Source of the DNA: Candidatus Latescibacterota bacterium
GTDB lineage: Bacteria > Latescibacterota > UBA2968 > UBA8231
Assembly: GCA_965221775.1 (NCBI GenBank)
Contig: CBDCSU010000006.1
Location: 1,120,001-1,184,000 of the forward strand
Direction of reading: 5' to 3'
Length of the DNA stretch: 64,000 nucleotides
This document shows, piece after piece, positions 59,601-64,000 of the stretch. Every line of letters begins with the position of its first letter. Within the stretch, counting starts at the first letter, position 1. The position numbers and the translations under genes are program-made. The notes beneath the pieces are model-generated. The model worked only from the letters and a program-made list of their open reading frames with translations, ran no database searches and was not told where the DNA came from.

Positions 59601-59980
59601 TGCTGATCCTCTTCGGCATCGTCGTCAACAACGGCATCGTCCTCATCGATCACATCAACCAGTACCGCCGCGAGGGGATGACCCGGCGGGCGGCGATCCT
59701 GCGGGGCGGCCAGAACCGCATGCGGCCGATCCTGATGACGGCGGGCACGACGATCCTCAACCTGATGCCCCTCGTCCTGCCCATGGTCTACGGCACGGCC
59801 GAGGGCTTCGCCCGGCGCTGGGGGCCGATCGGCCTGGTGGTGGTCAGCGGGCTGGCCACGTCGACCTTGCTCACCCTGTTGCTGGCCCCGACCCTCTATT
59901 CCCTGCTCGACGACCTCAGCCTCTGGGCGCGCCGCGTGATGCGCGCCTCCAACCCCACCATGGAGCCACGGAATCCATGA
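56693..59980 (+). CDS. RND efflux permease subunit 2
   Basis: ATG overlaps the previous stop (ATGA). GMLVDPAVVTLE, GIVVNNGIVLID, RMRPILMT. Confidence 0.93.
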   Translation: MRLARFAVERPVTLAMITLSTVVLGVTCFTRIPMEAYPTMTSSSVNVRVSYPSSSPEEIEREITIPLEQSLAMLGNIERVSATSGGSSSSVRVEFKAGTDMDLAVMEVRDRVDQARGLLPSDVDRVSLFRWNNESYPVLEADLAWKGDEDRLFDIVRDVVEPRVLRIDGVANVEIDGLQEKQLIIELDQQRLQAHDVSLPFLAGQLRAGNLDVSLGRVDQAGRRYLARVRGEFQEPAQIGDLPLAGRNLRLSDLGEVRYEYPERRSFERLNGRDAVEVEIYKVAADNTVDVAREVRAVLEGIVDGYGGLLDINITRDRADQILAELNKLKDTALLGSLLTVVIIFLFLRSIRSTIAIAVAIPASVCCVFTGIYVARELFESAITLNMVSMVGLMLAVGMLVDPAVVTLESIFRRREEEGAGPVEAAVGGTGEVGMAVLASALTTMCVFIPFFFLGSGSSRIVRFMGDAGLTICLAVAVSTVVSLAVIPLAASRLFRPGAERHDRRLKVAIGALLLAGLSWKVESIGWDGLAAWGRTTGARVLETTLGMQWSTAAVLGAVLVLLALLLRHFRRHGMRASYVRLLDWTLDHRAVTLGVAVAMMGGGVWMFLNIEQQGMRWPSERRVDITVETERSFSLGEVDSLMAGIEQDLLAHAEELDLETLSTRIRQRNSRLRARLVDADEGNLTTMEAQQAIRRRLPEMAGVAYKMGRTRSWAGNLLGVEVQLKGIDPAVLEVLAEDVQARLARLPGVTSVDTDLQEGEEEIQVSVDREQALGYGLSPQRVASTISTALGTRRTTSFKAPEREIGVVLQLEEDDRATLEQLKNTAFEGQDGTPVQLAALADFTHAEAPRSLQREDRQQTLNVFANTTSRQAAYALNPQVQAMMAEMTLPPGYSWQLGRAARWDSQDTEGNLFTLLFAVLLIYLIMASLFESLVHPFTIMFAIPFSLIGVSAALWGLDVAFDPNAMLGLLILFGIVVNNGIVLIDHINQYRREGMTRRAAILRGGQNRMRPILMTAGTTILNLMPLVLPMVYGTAEGFARRWGPIGLVVVSGLATSTLLTLLLAPTLYSLLDDLSLWARRVMRASNPTMEPRNP

Positions 59981-61353
59981 ACCGAGTCGCACCCGGAGCC
60001 GCCGCCCTGCTCCTCGTCACGGCCACGGCCCTGCCCGCCGAGAGGCTGTCCCTCGACCAGTGCATCGACCTCGCCCTCGACGGCAACACCCAGGTCCTGC
60101 AGGCCGAGCAGCAGGTCCTGCGCTCCGCGGCCGATGTCGCCTCGGCGCGGGCCCAGCGCCTGCCCTCGCTGAGCACGACCCTGATGAACCTGGGGCGTTC
60201 GCGCACCGGCCCGTCCCTGCGCATCCAGGAGAACCCCACCGGCCAGATCGACCCGGAGACCGGGGAGCGGATCTTCGCCGAGGAGCGCACGCGCATCCCG
60301 GCCATCGACCGCAGTTCCTACGCCTTCAGCGCCGGCGTCAGCCACACCCTCTGGGACGGCGGCGCCCGCCGCTGGGGCCACCGCGGCGCCCGGGAGTCGC
60401 TGGCCGCCTCCGAGCTCGGCCTGCGCGCCGGGCGGGCGGACGTCGTCTACCAGGTGAAGCAGCGCTACTACGCCCTGCTGAAGGCCCAGGAGCTGGTGGA
60501 GGTGCAGCAGGAGTCCCTGAAGCTGGGCCTGAAGCGGCAGGAGGAAGCCGAAATCCGGCTGGAGGTGGGGGCCGGGACCCGCGTCGACCTGCTGCGCCTG
60601 CAGGTGGCGGCCGACAACGCCCGGGCCGACCTGATCAACGCCGAGCAGCAGGTGCAGCTGGCGCGGGCCTCGCTGAACCACGTCCTCGGCCGGGGACTGT
60701 CGGCGGCTTTGGAGACCGTCCCCCTGGCCGCGGAGCCGACCCTGCCCCCGGAGACCGCGGAGCCGGCGGCGATGGCCGAACGGGTGGAGCGGGCCAAGAG
60801 GCTGAACCCCGGTCTCGAGCAGGCGCGGCGGAACGAGTCGGCAGCCGAGATGAGCCTCAAGGCGCGGCGGGCGGCCTGGCATCCGCGGCTGTCGGGGAGC
60901 GTGAGCTACAGCCGCAACAACGAGGTCTTCGACCGGGTCTACGGGGATCTGGACCAGAACTACCGCCTCAACGGGGGGCTGAGCCTGACCTACCAGCTCT
61001 TCGACGGCGGCCTGCGCGGCGCCGACATCGACCGCGCCCGCTCGGGCCTGGAGTCGGCGCGCCTGGGCCTGGAGCAGCAGCTGCGCGACCTGGCCCTCTC
61101 GGTGGAGACGACCTACCTGGAGCTGGTGCGCCTGGGCCGCATCCTGCGGATCGCGCGGCGCACGGCGGAGCTGGCGGCCGAGGACCTGCACCTGGCGGAG
61201 GAGCGCTACCGGGTGGGCAAGGGCCGGCTCCTGGAGGTGCTCGACGCGCAGGTGGGCCTCACCTCGGCGCGCAACAACCGCGTCAACACGCGCTACGACC
61301 TGGCCCTGGCCGAGGCCGACCTGGAGAGGCTGACGGGCGAATCCGCGCCCTGA
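59977..61353 (+). CDS. TolC-family outer membrane factor
   Basis: ATGA overlap, signal peptide, LSLDQCIDLAL, two OEP repeats (LWDGG / LFDGG; RYRVGKGRLLEVLDAQ). Confidence 0.92.
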   Translation: MNRVAPGAAALLLVTATALPAERLSLDQCIDLALDGNTQVLQAEQQVLRSAADVASARAQRLPSLSTTLMNLGRSRTGPSLRIQENPTGQIDPETGERIFAEERTRIPAIDRSSYAFSAGVSHTLWDGGARRWGHRGARESLAASELGLRAGRADVVYQVKQRYYALLKAQELVEVQQESLKLGLKRQEEAEIRLEVGAGTRVDLLRLQVAADNARADLINAEQQVQLARASLNHVLGRGLSAALETVPLAAEPTLPPETAEPAAMAERVERAKRLNPGLEQARRNESAAEMSLKARRAAWHPRLSGSVSYSRNNEVFDRVYGDLDQNYRLNGGLSLTYQLFDGGLRGADIDRARSGLESARLGLEQQLRDLALSVETTYLELVRLGRILRIARRTAELAAEDLHLAEERYRVGKGRLLEVLDAQVGLTSARNNRVNTRYDLALAEADLERLTGESAP

Positions 61354-61482
61354 GCCTCCCGTGGTGCCGGAGGCCTCGGGGCGAGCCCCGCTCCGCCCCG
61401 GCGGCCCCCGGAGGCTCCGCAGGAGCTTCCGATGAAGTGTAGTAACCCCTGACAGGAAAGGGACTTACGCCAATCGTCACCT

Positions 61483-62805
61483 TTGCCAACAGGGGTTCCG
61501 AGGGTTAGATTGCCAGGTCCGCGCCGCCGTGAGGGCGCGACCCACCTGACCGAAAGCAGCCAAGTGGAGATCCTCGGGGGAGCACAGTTCGCCGTCGCCG
61601 GCGCCGGCGAGTCCCACGGACCGGCCATCACCACCATCGTCTTCGGGTGCCCGGCGGGCGTGTCCCTGTCGCGCGCCGGCATCCAGGCCTTTCTCGACCG
61701 GAGGCGCCCGGGCAGCAACAAGCTCGGCACCCCCCGCCGCGAGGGCGACAAGGTGGTCCTGCTCTCCGGCCTCTACGACGACGACCACGAGAGACTGCTC
61801 GGCGGCGCCGAGGTGGCCACCCGCGTCGGCGACGAGGAGGTCCGCGCCCCGGGGTACGAGGGCGGCACGACCACCGGCGAGCCGATCGCCGCCATCGTCC
61901 TGTCGGCGGCCAAGCGCTCCGCCGACTACGCGCAGTTCCTCGGCCCGGCGGGGGACGTGCGGCCGGGGCACACCGATCTGGTGAAGCACTACAAGTCCGG
62001 GGGCCACACGGACCCCCGCGGCGGCGGCCGCTCCAGCTACCGGTCGACGATCTCCGACGTCATCGGCGGCGCCGTGGCGAGGCGGTTCCTCGCCGAGCGC
62101 TTCGGCACCGCCTTCTTCAGCTCCATCTGCCAGGTGGGGGAGATCGAGAGCGGCGAGCGCCTGTCCGACACCGTCGGCGGCCGCCTCACCGGGGACGAGG
62201 CGGCGGCGCTGGAGGCGCGCCTCGAGGAGCCGGAGCTGCGCGCCATCGACGCCGGCTTCGCCGCCGAGGCGGCGCGGGTGATCGACGGGGCCCGCAAGGA
62301 GGGCGACTCGGTGGGCGCCGCCCTCGAGGTGGTCGCCGTCAACGTGCCCCCCCTCATCGGAGAGCCCCTGTACGACAGCCTCAAGCTGCGCCTCATGGGT
62401 TCCCTCGGCGGGCTGCACGCGGTGCAGTCCTGCGAGATGGGCTCCGGGCGCGACGTGGTGGAGCGGCGGGGCAGCGCCAACAACGATCCGATCCGGTCCG
62501 GGGGGTACCAGAGCAACCACCACGGCGGCCTCATCGGCGGGATCACCACCGGCAGCCCCCTGGTCTTCCGCGTCGGCTTCAAGCCCACGGCGACCATCGC
62601 CCGGCCCCAGGACTCGGTGCGCAAGAACCTGGAGGAGATCGCGTTCCGGCTGAACAAGGGGCGCCACGACCCGTGCGTGGGGGTGCGCGCCGGGGTCACC
62701 CTCGAGTCGCGGATGGCCATCGAGGTGGCCGATGCCGTCCTCGCCCACCAGGCGGGGCGGATCGACGCCGGCAACTTCCGCCTCTTCGACGGCCAGGGCT
62801 CGTGA
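61483..62805 (+). CDS. aroC: chorismate synthase
   Basis: GESHG, RRRPG, RPGHTD, RGGGRSS, FKPT, GRHDPCV. The true start may lie up to about 80 nt downstream. Confidence 0.92.
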   Translation: MPTGVPRVRLPGPRRREGATHLTESSQVEILGGAQFAVAGAGESHGPAITTIVFGCPAGVSLSRAGIQAFLDRRRPGSNKLGTPRREGDKVVLLSGLYDDDHERLLGGAEVATRVGDEEVRAPGYEGGTTTGEPIAAIVLSAAKRSADYAQFLGPAGDVRPGHTDLVKHYKSGGHTDPRGGGRSSYRSTISDVIGGAVARRFLAERFGTAFFSSICQVGEIESGERLSDTVGGRLTGDEAAALEARLEEPELRAIDAGFAAEAARVIDGARKEGDSVGAALEVVAVNVPPLIGEPLYDSLKLRLMGSLGGLHAVQSCEMGSGRDVVERRGSANNDPIRSGGYQSNHHGGLIGGITTGSPLVFRVGFKPTATIARPQDSVRKNLEEIAFRLNKGRHDPCVGVRAGVTLESRMAIEVADAVLAHQAGRIDAGNFRLFDGQGS

Positions 62806-64000
62806 GCACCTTCGAGTTCGCGGAGGTCGCCCGCCTCCCGGCCCCGGGCGACAACGTGGGCATCGCCACGCGGAGGCTCGAGGCCGGCACCCGGGTGGGC
62901 ACCCCCGAGGGAGAGATCACCCTCTCCCACACCCTCATGGAGGGCCACCGCTTCGCCGTGGCCTCGATCCCCCGGGGGCGGGAGCTGCTCTCCTGGGGCC
63001 TGCCCTTCGGCGCCGCCACCGGCGACATCGCTCCCGGCGACTACGTCTGCAACGCGGGGATGCTCGAGGCCCTGGGGGGCCGCCGCCTCGACTTCGAGCT
63101 GCCGGCGGAGGCCAACTTCGAGGACCGGATCACCCCCTACGTCCTCGACGAGGCCGCCTTCGAGCCCGCGGCGCCGCTGCCCCTGGACCCCGATCCACCC
63201 ACCTTCCGCGGCTTCGACCGGGGGCCCCGCGGGGCGGGGACGCGCAACTACGTCGTCGTCATGGGCACCAGCTCGCGCACCGCCGCCTTTGCGCGCCTGC
63301 TGGCGCAGCGTCTCTCGGGAGTGCCGGCGACGGGAGGCTTCGACGGCGTGGTGGCGGTGGCCCACACCGAGGGCGGCGGCGCCGGAAGTCCCAACAACCG
63401 GGATCTGCTGCTGCGCACCCTGGCCGGCTTCGCCGTGCATCCCAACGTGGGAGCCCTGCTGGCCGTCGACTACGGCACCGAGGCGGTGCCGAACCGACTG
63501 TTGGAGGGCTACCTGCGCACCGAGGGCCGTCCCATCGACGCGCTGCCGCACCGGTTCCTCTCCCTCGAAGGCGGGTTCGACCGCCATCTCGACGAGGGCG
63601 AACGCCTGGCCCGCGGCTGGGCCGAGAGCCTTTCGCAGCAGCGGCGGGTCGAGCTGCCGGCGTCGCGGCTGCGGCTGGCCCTGCAGTGCGGCGGCTCCGA
63701 CGCCTTCTCCGGCGTCTCCGGCAATCCCCTGGCGGCCTGGGCGGCGCGCGAGCTGGTCCGCGCCGGAGGGGCGGCGAACCTGGCCGAGACGGACGAGCTC
63801 ATCGGGGCCGAGCCGTACGTCCTCGACCGGGTGCGGGATGCGGCCACCGCCCGGCGCTTCCTGGAGATGGTGCGCCGGTTCAAGGAGCGCGTCGCCTGGC
63901 ACGGCGAGTCGGCCGAGGCCAATCCATCGGGCGGCAACAAGTACCGCGGCCTCTACAACATCGTCCTGAAGTCGATCGGCGCCGCCATGAAGCGCCATCC
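62802..64000 (+). CDS. UxaA-family (altronate/galactarate dehydratase-like) protein, 3' truncated
   Basis: Absent from the ORF track because it has no stop in the window. GTG overlaps the aroC stop. SAF-like DNVGIA...GHRFA, GTRNY, HPNVG, LQCGGSDAFSGVSGNP, GNKYRGLYNIVLKSIGA. Confidence 0.88.
   Translation, partial: MSTFEFAEVARLPAPGDNVGIATRRLEAGTRVGTPEGEITLSHTLMEGHRFAVASIPRGRELLSWGLPFGAATGDIAPGDYVCNAGMLEALGGRRLDFELPAEANFEDRITPYVLDEAAFEPAAPLPLDPDPPTFRGFDRGPRGAGTRNYVVVMGTSSRTAAFARLLAQRLSGVPATGGFDGVVAVAHTEGGGAGSPNNRDLLLRTLAGFAVHPNVGALLAVDYGTEAVPNRLLEGYLRTEGRPIDALPHRFLSLEGGFDRHLDEGERLARGWAESLSQQRRVELPASRLRLALQCGGSDAFSGVSGNPLAAWAARELVRAGGAANLAETDELIGAEPYVLDRVRDAATARRFLEMVRRFKERVAWHGESAEANPSGGNKYRGLYNIVLKSIGAAMKRH

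Noticed and set aside
53834-61353. Apparent 2048-aa RND and 1409-aa TolC fusion proteins (also extended ORFs starting at 12246, 16503, 29056, 42769, 43397 and 51937)
   Set aside because: The N-terminal extensions are off-frame overlaps of upstream genes. Real starts sit at stop/start overlaps or SD-preceded codons.

Overview
High-GC bacterial chromosome segment. A C-terminal QNYPNPFNP/FlgD-Ig sorting-type domain and a TonB-receptor/DUF4249 pair suggest the FCB superphylum (Latescibacterota/Gemmatimonadota-like). Ankyrin, pentapeptide and PhyH genes fit a host-associated (e.g. sponge) lifestyle; both points are inference. The backbone carries about 40 housekeeping, metabolic and transport genes, including rpsU, rnd, oadGBA, ggt, ltaE, a TetR-regulated RND-TolC operon, aroC and a UxaA-family gene. 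Three visibly lower-GC accessory patches interrupt it. (1) 0.6-4.3 kb: an HTH-fused Zn-ribbon DNA methyltransferase convergent with a PD-(D/E)xK nuclease. (2) 20.5-27.0 kb: a tightly coupled four-gene membrane operon (4-TM coiled-coil protein, membrane-anchored vWA-like protein, MotA/ZorA-like protein with a long helical tail, MotB/ZorB-like protein fused to an HNH/DUF1524-type nuclease), followed by an APH(3')-family kinase and a DUF6933-like gene. (3) 39.3-40.7 kb: an unknown helical protein next to an orphan methyltransferase. The four-gene operon is the best candidate for an undescribed, Zorya-like defence system. I found no tRNA, rRNA, CRISPR array, integrase or transposase. Family names come from motif recognition by eye, not database searches.
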